Below, piece after piece: positions 37,184 to 46,220 of a stretch of 64,000 nt of DNA (position 1 is the stretch's first letter; each line of letters opens with the position of its first letter). The position numbers and the translations under genes are program-made. Below the pieces are notes generated by a model, which saw only the letters and a list, made by a program, of their open reading frames with translations, did no database searches and was not told where the DNA came from. The DNA lies in contig JALCBP010000008.1 in the NCBI GenBank assembly GCA_028066355.1, positions 596 through 64,595 on the forward strand, written 5' to 3'. The stretch is from Pirellulales bacterium. GTDB taxonomy: Bacteria; Planctomycetota; Planctomycetia; Pirellulales; UBA1268.

Positions 37184-37972
37184 CTAAAGGTTGCCAAGAA
37201 GTGCGGCAGCAGCTTCTGTTGGATCTGGACTAGATAGAAGAGATTCGCCTACGAGAATCGCACTGATTCCAGCAGCCTCGAGTTGCTTAACATCTGCTCG
37301 CGTGCGAATTCCGCTTTCAGCAACAAGTACACATTCCGATGGCACTTTTTCTTTGAGCTTCAGGACATGATTGATATCGGTCTTCATTGTAGCGAGGTCC
37401 CGATTATTTATGCCTATAAGTGTTGCGCCTAGATCAAGAACTCGCGGAATGTTTTCTTCGCTATGCAATTCGACAAGTGGTGTCATTCCAAGATCAATAA
37501 TTTCTCGGTACAAGCTCCTTAAAAGGCAGTCATCCAAACACTCAGCAATGAGAAGAACAGCATCAGCTCCCCAAAGACGCGCCTCGTTTACTTGATATGC
37601 ATCGATAATAAATTCTTTTCGTAGAGTTGGTAGAGAAGACGCCCTCCTCGCAGATATGAGGTCATCCAAGCAACCACCAAAGTCTTCGCCGTCGGTTAAA
37701 ACAGAAAGTGCCGCGGCTCCAGATTTCTCATATCCGCGAACTATTTTTGCAGGTTCGGCACCAGGGCGAATTTCTCCTGCCGAAGGACTTCGCCGCTTAA
37801 ATTCGGCGATTAATCGTATCCTGCCGGGTTCAGAAACAGCCGTAAAGAAGTCACGCGGCTGATCCGAATTTTCAAGCTTTTTCTTGATACTCGAAAGTGA
37901 ATATGCTGCTTTCTGATCGGCAACTTCTTTTTGCTTACGGCTGATGATCTTGTCAAGTACTGACGACATCAC
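37184..37972 (-). CDS. trpC: Indole-3-glycerol phosphate synthase
   Basis: LIAEFKRRSPSAGEI, LSVLTD, LRKEFIIDAYQ, VELH, IGINNRDL, ESGI. Confidence 0.92.
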   Translation of the reverse strand: MMSSVLDKIISRKQKEVADQKAAYSLSSIKKKLENSDQPRDFFTAVSEPGRIRLIAEFKRRSPSAGEIRPGAEPAKIVRGYEKSGAAALSVLTDGEDFGGCLDDLISARRASSLPTLRKEFIIDAYQVNEARLWGADAVLLIAECLDDCLLRSLYREIIDLGMTPLVELHSEENIPRVLDLGATLIGINNRDLATMKTDINHVLKLKEKVPSECVLVAESGIRTRADVKQLEAAGISAILVGESLLSSPDPTEAAAALLGNL

Positions 37973-38109
37973 TCACTCGCATTGTTAGGAAACGGAAATT
38001 GATTTTACACGGTTTGTTGAATGTTAGCAGGTACTGAATTTCGAGTACGTTCTCAATAAGCATACCGGATGCGAATTGAAGACCCTACGTCCCTGAAATA
38101 ATCATTTCG

Positions 38110-39789
38110 CTAATGTCTAAAGTGACGACGAGATGTAAAAACCATCGGTATATTTGCAGCATTTGCAGCGGCAATCACCTCTGCATCACGCTTTGATCCT
38201 CCGGGCTGGATGATCGCTGCAACACCGGCTTGTTGAATTAACTCAATTGAATCTGGAAATGGGAAAAAGGCGTCTGACGCAAGAACACTCCCCCGTGCAC
38301 GATCGCCTGCCTTCTCTAATGCTATTCGAACTGCATCGACCCGGCTTGTTTGCCCCACACCGGCTCCCACAAGACTTGTTCCTTGGCAGATAGCGATAGC
38401 GTTACTCGTTAGACGTCGCACCATAGTGAAAGCAAAGTCCAGCGGATGTGTTAAATTTTTTGTAGGTGCCTGCTTCGTCACAACCTGCCATGTAGCTGGG
38501 TCATCCGGTGTCTCGTCTGGCTGCTGGGCCAACATTGCCCCCGCCACACTCCGAAGCTCAAGGCCAGCAGTTGGGCCCCATGGATCACCTGGTGGCACCT
38601 CAACCAATCGAACACTTGCTTTCCATGCTGGCCGTGTTTGAAGTGCTTCGACTGCCTCCGCTGTAAAGGCAGGGGCAGCAATAACTTCAACGAACATTCC
38701 CGGCTTGAGGAGACACTCTGCTGCAGCGATATCAAAAATACCATTTACGGCAACTATTGATCCGAATGCACTTATTGGATCAGCTGCCATAGCTGCCTCT
38801 AGCGCTTCACTCACTGTTACCGCGCTTGCAGCACCGCATGGATTAGTGTGTTTTATGACTGCCGCTCCAGAATTCTGAATCAATCCAGCGATACGAACTG
38901 CAGCATCTAGGTCCAGTAAATTGTTATACGAGAGTTCCTTGCCAGACAGCTGCTTGAGACCAGCAAGACCAAAATGGGTGTCCGCTGGTGCATACATCGC
39001 AGCTGACTGGTGGGGGTTTTCACCGTAACGCAATGACAACCTTTGCTCGAGGCTAAGAGCAAGCCGAGATGGTAACGGCGGAACTTCAGGACGATGTTCG
39101 TTAGCGAGCGGTTTTGCCCCTCCTGCAACCACTCCTGCATGACGTGCCATCCAGCGGGCGATGACCGCGTCATATTCGGCAGTATGCTCAAAAGCTTGGG
39201 CTGCAAACAACCGTCTCTCTGCAAGCGTTGTCCCTCCACGGCTGATTGCATCTGCAACCGTCTCGTATTGATCCGGATTTGTGACAACTGCACTAAAGGC
39301 ATGATTCTTCGCAGCAGCGCGAACCAGGCTTGGCCCACCGATATCTATCAATTCGATTGCATCATTTGAAGTACAGCCATCACGGTTAATGACGCTCGCA
39401 AAAGGATAAAGATTTACAACGATAAGTTCGAACCGACTGATTCCGTGTTCTGCCAAAGTCTCAAGATCATCTTCTCTATTCCCGCGAGCCAAGATGCCAG
39501 CGAAAATGTTTGGGTGCAGTGTCTTAACACGTCCATCAAGTATTTCAGGGAAACCTGTAATAGAGGATACGTCTTCCACAGCAACGCCATGGCCTTCAAG
39601 GGCCCGTGCGGTCCCCCCCGTACTTACAGCAACTATTCCAGCGGTTTTCAACATCACCGCAAGCTGTTCTAGGCCCGTCTTGTCGTAGACACTTACCAAC
39701 GCACGACGAATTGGCAAAACATCATTGTCTTTAGCGCGTTTTTTGGCTTGCTCAAGATCGGCGTGTGATTTTAAGGAGGACTGGGTCAT
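38110..39789 (-). CDS. purH: Bifunctional AICAR formyltransferase / IMP cyclohydrolase
   Basis: ALVSVYDKTGL, STGGTA, GRVKTLHP, NLYPF, IDIGGPSLVRAAAKN, ASDAFFPFPD, IQPGGSKRD. Confidence 0.95.
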   Translation of the reverse strand: MTQSSLKSHADLEQAKKRAKDNDVLPIRRALVSVYDKTGLEQLAVMLKTAGIVAVSTGGTARALEGHGVAVEDVSSITGFPEILDGRVKTLHPNIFAGILARGNREDDLETLAEHGISRFELIVVNLYPFASVINRDGCTSNDAIELIDIGGPSLVRAAAKNHAFSAVVTNPDQYETVADAISRGGTTLAERRLFAAQAFEHTAEYDAVIARWMARHAGVVAGGAKPLANEHRPEVPPLPSRLALSLEQRLSLRYGENPHQSAAMYAPADTHFGLAGLKQLSGKELSYNNLLDLDAAVRIAGLIQNSGAAVIKHTNPCGAASAVTVSEALEAAMAADPISAFGSIVAVNGIFDIAAAECLLKPGMFVEVIAAPAFTAEAVEALQTRPAWKASVRLVEVPPGDPWGPTAGLELRSVAGAMLAQQPDETPDDPATWQVVTKQAPTKNLTHPLDFAFTMVRRLTSNAIAICQGTSLVGAGVGQTSRVDAVRIALEKAGDRARGSVLASDAFFPFPDSIELIQQAGVAAIIQPGGSKRDAEVIAAANAANIPMVFTSRRHFRH

Positions 39790-39887
39790 GTTGTTCTCAA
39801 ACGTAAGAGGAATAGAAAAAATGATTGCATGAATTCCTGATTAGAACCCGCAACACGGTCAACTCAAAGGCTTCGTCGTAGCGCGGG

Positions 39888-40832
39888 TCAACGGGGCATG
39901 TCTTCGGCCGAGTTTGCCTTCTGCAGGTCGACTTCAATAATGGTGCCTCGTTTGGTCAACCGACCTTTTACAAGAACACGACCCCTTAATTGCTTGATAA
40001 TTGATTTGACAAGAAATAACCCCAAACCTGTGCCAGGCGTCGCTCTCTCCAGTTCGCTTCCTAGTCGAACAAAACGCCGAAAGACATGCCCACGATCTGC
40101 TATTGGAATCCCAGGTCCATTATCTGCCACTCGAACCAGCACACGATTCTTCTTCGTAACATCAATTGTTACATCAACGACTGGTTCAGGGATTGAGTAC
40201 TTCACGGCATTGTCAATGAGGTTTCGGAACACTATTTCGATATCAGCCTCCCTGCCCTGCACAAAAACATCTTCTAGCTCTTTCTCTACATTTATCGAAA
40301 TACAATCATCCTGAACGTTATGACGACCTGCGACCCGTGCGGCTGCCTCCTTCAGGACTGGGACTATTTTAGTCGCCTCAGCAATTGATAATGCTGGACG
40401 ATGCATTGTTTTTGCGGCATCAAGAAGATGATCGATCAGATTGTCGAGCCTCTCGACATCCTGAAGCATAAAGCGGTGAAAATCTGATTGTTCTGCTGGA
40501 GGTACCGGTCGACGGGTCAGGGTTTGTAGATAAAGCTTCAATGATGCAAGTGGACTTTTGAGTTCATGGGTCACGCTATCGATAAAGTTACTTTGCCGCT
40601 GGGAGAGAGCAATTGCCTTGACTGCCAGAGCAAAGTAGATGATGACACCAACGAGCACCAGAATAAGAAGCGACACGCCAACAGCGAGCAACGCCCAATA
40701 GAATGCAGCGTTTTGAGAGCCTAACGCAGCCGAGATACTGACAAGAACCCATCCAACTCCAAGCGTGATGATGGAACTGATTAAGATCACACCAAGCGTA
40801 ATTGGCCAACCAAGTGAGCGCCGCGGTTCCAC
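39888..40832 (-). CDS. Sensor histidine kinase (two TM segments, no obvious extracytoplasmic domain)
   Basis: H-box SVTHELKSPLASL, N-box FRNLIDNAVKYS, G1 VADNGPGIP, G2 GTGLGLFLVKSI. Two N-terminal TM helices are joined by a very short loop. Confidence 0.9.
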   Translation of the reverse strand: MEPRRSLGWPITLGVILISSIITLGVGWVLVSISAALGSQNAAFYWALLAVGVSLLILVLVGVIIYFALAVKAIALSQRQSNFIDSVTHELKSPLASLKLYLQTLTRRPVPPAEQSDFHRFMLQDVERLDNLIDHLLDAAKTMHRPALSIAEATKIVPVLKEAAARVAGRHNVQDDCISINVEKELEDVFVQGREADIEIVFRNLIDNAVKYSIPEPVVDVTIDVTKKNRVLVRVADNGPGIPIADRGHVFRRFVRLGSELERATPGTGLGLFLVKSIIKQLRGRVLVKGRLTKRGTIIEVDLQKANSAEDMPR

Positions 40833-40923
40833 AAGATCTCCTCATTTCGGGTAACCTCAACCTACCGTGCTATGCACATGTTGTGAAATCTGCCTTCATG
40901 AACCCCGTCTAGTTTGTACAAAC

Positions 40924-41496
40924 ATGTCCGACCGTCCACTCAGAAAATCTAAATCACGAATACCAATTCATTTTGAAGTTGGACGAATACGTGTTGAATT
41001 CTTATGGCAAAACGATCGGTGGCAGCATCTTTTTTGTCTGGATCATAAGAATTATCTGCAATCGGTCGAAGGAGGAAAATTCTTAACATTCAACGAAAGA
41101 GCAACCGGCACCATGGGCATCTCTGAGAACTGGCCTGCTTCACCTGTTATCACTGAAGTTATGTCAACGAAAGCAAAGGGACACCAAGCCCTTGTTGCTA
41201 TTGGGTTGGCTGGTCGTTCACATTTTTCGGCAAGCTTCACAGCCTCTACGACACAAACAGATACCATTCTGGTGGAAGTGGCCTGCAGGATCTCAGAGAG
41301 ACCTGAATGGCTTGGTTCTACCTATTCAATTGACGAAAAAGTACCCTCCGACGGTCTCATTACAATAAAGCCAGCGTCACTTGAACCATTCAATCGGCCT
41401 TTGACAGTTGTTTGGTCATATTGTGTCTCTGTGGGCGGTATTGAGGCGGTTCCCCCTGCATCTTGCGGCAGATTGATCTTTCCGTCAAATTGTTGA
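40924..41496 (+). CDS. Hypothetical protein
   Basis: ORF without a recognisable motif. ATG at 40924 (MSDRPLRK) is preferred over the Cys-rich extension from 40867. Confidence 0.45.
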   Translation: MSDRPLRKSKSRIPIHFEVGRIRVEFLWQNDRWQHLFCLDHKNYLQSVEGGKFLTFNERATGTMGISENWPASPVITEVMSTKAKGHQALVAIGLAGRSHFSASFTASTTQTDTILVEVACRISERPEWLGSTYSIDEKVPSDGLITIKPASLEPFNRPLTVVWSYCVSVGGIEAVPPASCGRLIFPSNC

Positions 41497-41559
41497 GTGG
41501 AAAGTGGCCGCCTGGCGACCGCCCTGTAGTAATGTCGAAAGTGTTGATGGAAGGTTCTG

Positions 41560-42144
41560 ATGTTTGATGTTATCGAACGGCTCAAAGCCGAATGGACTGA
41601 TAAATATGTGATAATCAATTCACCAGCACCGGAACTTAGCCGGTTTGCAAAAACCACCGGCACAGTGCGAACTGTCAACATGAATGGCCGATGCCTGGTG
41701 GAGTTTGATCAGTTCAACAACATTGGCTGGTACGACATTGATCCTTCACATCTTAAGGTTGTGACCGAACCGCTGCCGAAACCAGAAAAACCAACGAAGG
41801 TCAAAGCAGCACCTGCAGTCAAAACTTCAGCTTCAAAAGCATCTAGCCCACAGAAAAAATCGACTGCAGATATTCTTGCTGCAGCGAGGGGCGGTAGTAC
41901 AAAGCCTGCCGGCAAACTTTCTACTGCTGAAATTTTAGCGAAGGCTCGTGGAGCTAAAGCGTCTACCCCTCCTGCGGCTACCGATTCAAAACCGGATGGT
42001 TCAGCCTTACAAGAAAAACCGATAGCACCGGACGAAACACCTGAGCAGAATGAACAACCCCAAGCCAAAGAGTCTCCAGCAGGTGACCTGCCAACAACAA
42101 TTGCAGATAAAATAGCCTGGTGCAGGCAACATGACGCACAGTAA
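41560..42144 (+). CDS. Hypothetical protein with globular N-terminal domain and Lys/Ala/Pro-rich tail carrying a repeated STA[DE]ILAxARG motif
   Basis: Protein-like N-terminal 70 aa. Repeats KKSTADILAAARGG and KLSTAEILAKARGA, and a related C-terminal IADKIAWCRQH. Confidence 0.55.
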   Translation: MFDVIERLKAEWTDKYVIINSPAPELSRFAKTTGTVRTVNMNGRCLVEFDQFNNIGWYDIDPSHLKVVTEPLPKPEKPTKVKAAPAVKTSASKASSPQKKSTADILAAARGGSTKPAGKLSTAEILAKARGAKASTPPAATDSKPDGSALQEKPIAPDETPEQNEQPQAKESPAGDLPTTIADKIAWCRQHDAQ

Positions 42145-42197
42145 CCCAATCACAACGGGACCGTCTGGCAATACAAACCGTTCAAGGAGGAACACAC

Positions 42198-42689
42198 ATG
42201 CTTCCGCATCAGATACGATTGAAATTATTCTTCTCTACCCTTTTTCTCCCCCTACCGTTTGTTCTTTCCGGCTGCGGACGCATAGCCAACCATCCATTGG
42301 TGAATATGGCGAAAGAAGAAGTTTCCATAAATGATCGATCTCAGGCTTTTCTTGGAGAACCAATCGCTTGGAATGGTACCGTTACTGGCCGAGCCAATGA
42401 AGTCGACGGTATTGCTGCCATGCAAATTCCCGTTGCAGGCTCAAAAGCAGCAGCAACGGTCATTGTGGAAGGGAAGAAGTTTGGTGATGAATGGGGCGTG
42501 ACACTGCTGGAAATCCGTCCGACGAATGAGGGTGAAAAACTCTCATTAACTGCGGACCTTGCTTCACGAAGTGGGGTTGATACACCCAAATTTGATCCAA
42601 ACGCTGCCCAATCAACTTCTCCTAAAACTGCTCCACCTCCTGCTGAAATTACAATTGAATTGCCACCCGGACTACCCGGGCAAGAGTAA
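42198..42689 (+). CDS. Hypothetical lipoprotein
   Basis: AAGGAGG lies 7 nt upstream of the ATG. Lipobox VLSGC. Pro-rich C-terminus. Confidence 0.6.
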   Translation: MLPHQIRLKLFFSTLFLPLPFVLSGCGRIANHPLVNMAKEEVSINDRSQAFLGEPIAWNGTVTGRANEVDGIAAMQIPVAGSKAAATVIVEGKKFGDEWGVTLLEIRPTNEGEKLSLTADLASRSGVDTPKFDPNAAQSTSPKTAPPPAEITIELPPGLPGQE

Positions 42690-42697
42690 GTCCTTTT

Positions 42698-43369
42698 TCA
42701 ATTCATCTCACGCAGGCGGGCAAGTTCTTCTTCACGACCAATCACCAATAGAATCTGATCCTGAATAAGTTTTGTCCGCCCTTCGGGAAACATTTGAAAG
42801 CGTCCCTGCATTACATCTCGTAAACCCAGCACAAAGACACCGACTGAATTACGAAGGTCTGCCTCAGCGAGTGTCTTTCCTTCAAGTGATTCTGGGACAG
42901 TAATTTCCACAACACTGTACTCAGGATCAATTGGTAAAAAGTCGAGTACGTTTGGCCAACTTGACTTATCGGCAAGTTCTTTCGCAACTTCTTCTTCCGG
43001 AAAGACCACCCGATTTGCACCGAGGTGTGACAGAATTTTTCCATGTTCTTTTGTCACACCCTTTACAACGACATCTCGGGCACCGAGTTCCTTAACATGC
43101 AACGTGGCGAGGAGTGATCGAGAAATTGTTTCCCCAAGCGATATAAAAACGGAAGTCGAGTCTTTGATGGGCAAGTTTTCGAGTAACTCCCGATCGGTTG
43201 CGTCGCCAATTATCGCCTCTTGGATCACATTTTTAACTGCATCTAATCGGTCGCGTCGCTGATCTACGCCGGTTACCCGACAGCCGTTCGCTGCGAGTTG
43301 AGTCGCGAGCGCAGAACCAAAAGAACCCATTCCGAGCATTATAAAGCGTTTACTACTAGTTGAAGGCAT
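42698..43369 (-). CDS. K+ uptake system RCK subunit (TrkA/KtrA family, single RCK-N + RCK-C)
   Basis: MLGMGSFGSALATQLAANG Rossmann motif. C-terminal TrkA-C-like segment (ESLEGKTLAEADLRN...). Confidence 0.9.
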   Translation of the reverse strand: MPSTSSKRFIMLGMGSFGSALATQLAANGCRVTGVDQRRDRLDAVKNVIQEAIIGDATDRELLENLPIKDSTSVFISLGETISRSLLATLHVKELGARDVVVKGVTKEHGKILSHLGANRVVFPEEEVAKELADKSSWPNVLDFLPIDPEYSVVEITVPESLEGKTLAEADLRNSVGVFVLGLRDVMQGRFQMFPEGRTKLIQDQILLVIGREEELARLREMN

Positions 43370-43375
43370 TGCACG

Positions 43376-44845
43376 TTAGCCGACAAGCGGCTCCTCCTCG
43401 GGGTAGTTGGGCTGGTACGCTGGCCTTTGGCGAGACAGCGCTACTGCGACAGTGATGGGACCAAGACGTCCCAGAAGCATCAAAACCGCTAAGATAAACT
43501 TTCCAGGTATTGTGAGCGATGCAGTGATACCAGTCGATAACCCGACTGTTCCAAGTGCTGAAATACATTCGAATGAAGCATCGAGAAACCAACGTGGCCG
43601 CTCAGCCGCTTTTCCTCCACTTTCGACACCCAAAAGAGCTACAAGTGCAACAAATGCAATTGCCACAAAAACCAATGCTGTCGCGGTTGCACGCTCAACT
43701 GCTCGCTCTGGAATCGTTCGTTTTGCAAAGTTAGCTCGTTCTTGTCCACGAAAACTAGCCCCAGCTCGAGTAAGAAGTGTCATAAAAGTACTGACTTTAA
43801 ACCCACCACCTGTGGAGCCAGGACCTGCGCCTATCGCCATAAGAAGTATCGTGAGAAATAGCGTTGCACTCGAAAGACTGCCATATTCTACCGTATGAAA
43901 ACCTGCAGTGCGGCAGGTCGTTGTATGAAAAAGACCTAATAAAATACGGTTCGGCAACGGCTGACCAGCTAGAACACCATCTGACTCAAACAACCAAAAA
44001 CTTACTGCACCGAAGGCAAGCAGGACAGCTGTCCCCAATAACATCAACTTTGAATGCATGTGCAGTCTTTCCCAGAGGGATTCACGATTCCAAATACGTG
44101 ACGAGATATCAAAAATCACTGGAAAACCGATTCCTCCAACGATAACAAGACAGCAAATTATGAGATTAACCGGAATGTCATTGCTGTAGGCTACGAGACT
44201 ATCGTCCCCGAGGGAAAACCCGGCGTTGCAAAACGCAGACACAGAATGGAAAGCAGCCCTCCAAATGACTTCGAGAGGCTCGCGACTGCCCCACGTAGCA
44301 GCTGTGAGAAACAGAAAGCCAATCAATTCCGCTGAAAGAACAACAATGAGTACCATCAAAGCCAATTGACGGAGCCCGCGTGCCGATTTTATTCCAAGTG
44401 TTTCAGCAATCACTGCACGCTGCCTGACAGTCGCTTCTCCCCCAATCTGGAAGATAAGCAGCGTTGTGATCGTCATGATACCGAGACCACCTAGCTGGAT
44501 GAGAACGAGGATAACCCCCTGTCCGAAGGGTGAAAAGTCTTCGACGGTAGATCGCACGGTCAGGCCCGTTACGCAGCAAGCGCTGGTTGCGGTGAATGCC
44601 GCATCGACGATGGTAAGCGGGGGTTGTGCCGGCGCGCGTGCGGCCGGAAGAGCCAGCAAGCCGGTTCCAATTGCAATTGCTCCCAGGTACGTAAAAAACG
44701 ACCAACGAGCAGAATAACTGGCGAGAGATCCTGTAAATTCAGCCATCTGACGCGGCAGCTTAGGGTTATAAACCCTGATCCACCACCCAAAACTGGTCCC
44801 AAAGCGTACTACGACGCTCGCGTACTGACCTCGGAACCTGATCAA
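43376..44845 (-). CDS. K+ transporter membrane subunit (TrkH/KtrB family)
   Basis: Repeated M1-P-M2 units with selectivity-filter-like glycines (CCVTGL, FCNAGF, TAGF, TVGLSTG). Sits 6 nt upstream of the RCK subunit gene. Confidence 0.9.
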   Translation of the reverse strand: MIRFRGQYASVVVRFGTSFGWWIRVYNPKLPRQMAEFTGSLASYSARWSFFTYLGAIAIGTGLLALPAARAPAQPPLTIVDAAFTATSACCVTGLTVRSTVEDFSPFGQGVILVLIQLGGLGIMTITTLLIFQIGGEATVRQRAVIAETLGIKSARGLRQLALMVLIVVLSAELIGFLFLTAATWGSREPLEVIWRAAFHSVSAFCNAGFSLGDDSLVAYSNDIPVNLIICCLVIVGGIGFPVIFDISSRIWNRESLWERLHMHSKLMLLGTAVLLAFGAVSFWLFESDGVLAGQPLPNRILLGLFHTTTCRTAGFHTVEYGSLSSATLFLTILLMAIGAGPGSTGGGFKVSTFMTLLTRAGASFRGQERANFAKRTIPERAVERATATALVFVAIAFVALVALLGVESGGKAAERPRWFLDASFECISALGTVGLSTGITASLTIPGKFILAVLMLLGRLGPITVAVALSRQRPAYQPNYPEEEPLVG

Positions 44846-44993
44846 TCATGATACTTTCTAAACCTCTTGTCAGGCAAACCGCCATGCCGGGAACCCCGCA
44901 CGAACCAAAAAATCAAAACCTTTTCCCAAATGTTTGACTCTGGCTGCAAGACGTACATAATGCAGGAGTTCACCTCGGTAATTGCAACCTGCC

Positions 44994-45009
44994 ATGGCAT
45001 TCATGCCAT
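44994..45009. promoter_or_regulatory. Perfect 7-2-7 palindrome ATGGCAT-TC-ATGCCAT in a divergent promoter region
   Basis: Read directly. Lies between the trkH-family start (44845, minus) and the small ORF at 45145 (plus). Confidence 0.45.
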
Positions 45010-45144
45010 CCCCGCCGCAGCGTTCGGTAGCCTTCAGGCTATCGCGTAAACAACCGTTTGAGCATAAAGGTTGAGATTCGGGTTTACCTGTTTCTCTGTA
45101 GTCTGATCGCGATAGTTTTAATCTGTAAGGAGTGGTTGGTTTCT

Positions 45145-45366
45145 ATGGCCAGAATTCGAAATGTATTCGAGATCATCGAGCTTTACGGGCACGATGAAAA
45201 TTTTGTTCCTCATGTAAGCGAAGAATTTACACCGACGACTGCACCCGCTGGTTCTCGTCAGAAAATTGATGTTCTTGCTGAAAGAATTCAGCGTGGCATG
45301 CCGCTGTGGCATCCAGAAGATTCAACTGATTCAACTGATCTTGTCACTGCTGGCAACACTGCCTGA
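45145..45366 (+). CDS. Small hypothetical protein (73 aa)
   Basis: ATG at 45145 (MARIRNVFEIIELYG...) with AAGGAG 12 nt upstream. Followed by a strong terminator. Confidence 0.4.
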   Translation: MARIRNVFEIIELYGHDENFVPHVSEEFTPTTAPAGSRQKIDVLAERIQRGMPLWHPEDSTDSTDLVTAGNTA

Positions 45367-45400
45367 GTATGAATCAAAAATTCACCTTGTTTCTATTTTA

Positions 45401-45442
45401 AAAATAAGCCAGTTCTTCAACTTGAAGAGACTGGCTTATTTT
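45401..45442. terminator. Bidirectional intrinsic terminator between the small ORF and smpB
   Basis: AAATAAGCCAGTTCTTCAA pairs with TTGAAGAGACTGGCTTATTT (one bulge). An A-run precedes it and a T-run follows, so GGCUUAUUUUU reads on both strands. Confidence 0.8.
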
Positions 45443-45467
45443 TGTATCCGAGAGCACTTAAATTCGA

Positions 45468-45989
45468 TTAACGACGTTCACGACCTCGGAGGGCAACTGC
45501 GATATCTCGCTTTGCAGACTGCTCCTTGAGTTTTTGTCGCTTGTCGTGCACCTTTCGCCCCCGACCAATTCCAAGGAGCACCTTCACACGCCCTTGTTTG
45601 AAGTACGCTTTCAATGGAACCAGTGTCAGGCTTTTCTCGTAAGCCAGACTTGCAAAGCGGATTATCTCACGGCGATGCAGCAAGAGTTTCCGAGGTCGTT
45701 TGGGCTGATGGTTTAATTGATTTGCCTTCACGTACTCTGGAATATCACACCCGATAAGCCAGACTTCATTTCCTTTGACTCTTCCGTATGCCTCGTCCAA
45801 CGACATTTTTCCACACCGGAGACTTTTTACTTCACTTCCAACAAGGGCAATACCACATTCAAGGGTGTCGAGAATTTCGTAGTTGTGCCTCGCTTTTCTA
45901 TTTTCGGCAACAACACGCTCAGCAGAGCCTTCCTTTCCTCGGGCCACTTTGCCAGATTTCCCACTATTTTTTGGTTTTGTTGACGCCAT
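45468..45989 (-). CDS. smpB: SsrA-binding protein
   Basis: ENRKARHNYEILDTLECGIALVGSEVKSLR ... LLLHRREI. Lys/Gly-rich N-terminal extension. Confidence 0.92.
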   Translation of the reverse strand: MASTKPKNSGKSGKVARGKEGSAERVVAENRKARHNYEILDTLECGIALVGSEVKSLRCGKMSLDEAYGRVKGNEVWLIGCDIPEYVKANQLNHQPKRPRKLLLHRREIIRFASLAYEKSLTLVPLKAYFKQGRVKVLLGIGRGRKVHDKRQKLKEQSAKRDIAVALRGRERR

Positions 45990-46220
45990 CTGGTTTACTC
46001 AAAAAAATATTGTTGCCGTAAAATGGCAGTCGTTCGTGCGGTCTTTCTTATGCGACGGTACACTGAAATTTGTCGTATACGCAGTCCCGTGAAAAACGTT
46101 TAAAAGTCTAACAGACCTAAAAACAGAAGACATACGGCCAGACAGTCACTCTTTAGGAACCCGACAACTGTACGAGTGCAGCTCCCTCTTTTAACCTCTT
46201 TCCTTTCGTAGAAAGTAAAT

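Noticed and set aside
43407-43898. 163-aa ORF antisense to the trkH-family gene. Similar antisense ORFs occur at 41709-42149, 39898-40314, 6600-7067 and 7581-7931.
   Set aside because: All lie inside well-supported genes on the opposite strand and have Arg/Ala/Pro/Ser-rich, motif-free translations typical of antisense frames.
44846-45144. Possible c-di-AMP (ydaO-type) riboswitch upstream of the K+ uptake operon
   Set aside because: The context is suggestive because K+ transporters are frequent targets. Reading the minus-strand leader, I found only scattered GGGGA and CCGAGGUGAAC-like fragments, not the pseudo-two-fold conserved core. A covariance-model scan (Rfam ydaO-yuaA) would be decisive. 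Without it I do not call it.
45990-46220. tmRNA (ssrA) next to smpB
   Set aside because: The 231-nt spacer is too short. It lacks a tRNA-like acceptor/T-arm (no GGTTCGA-type T-loop, no 5' GGGG) and has no tag reading frame.
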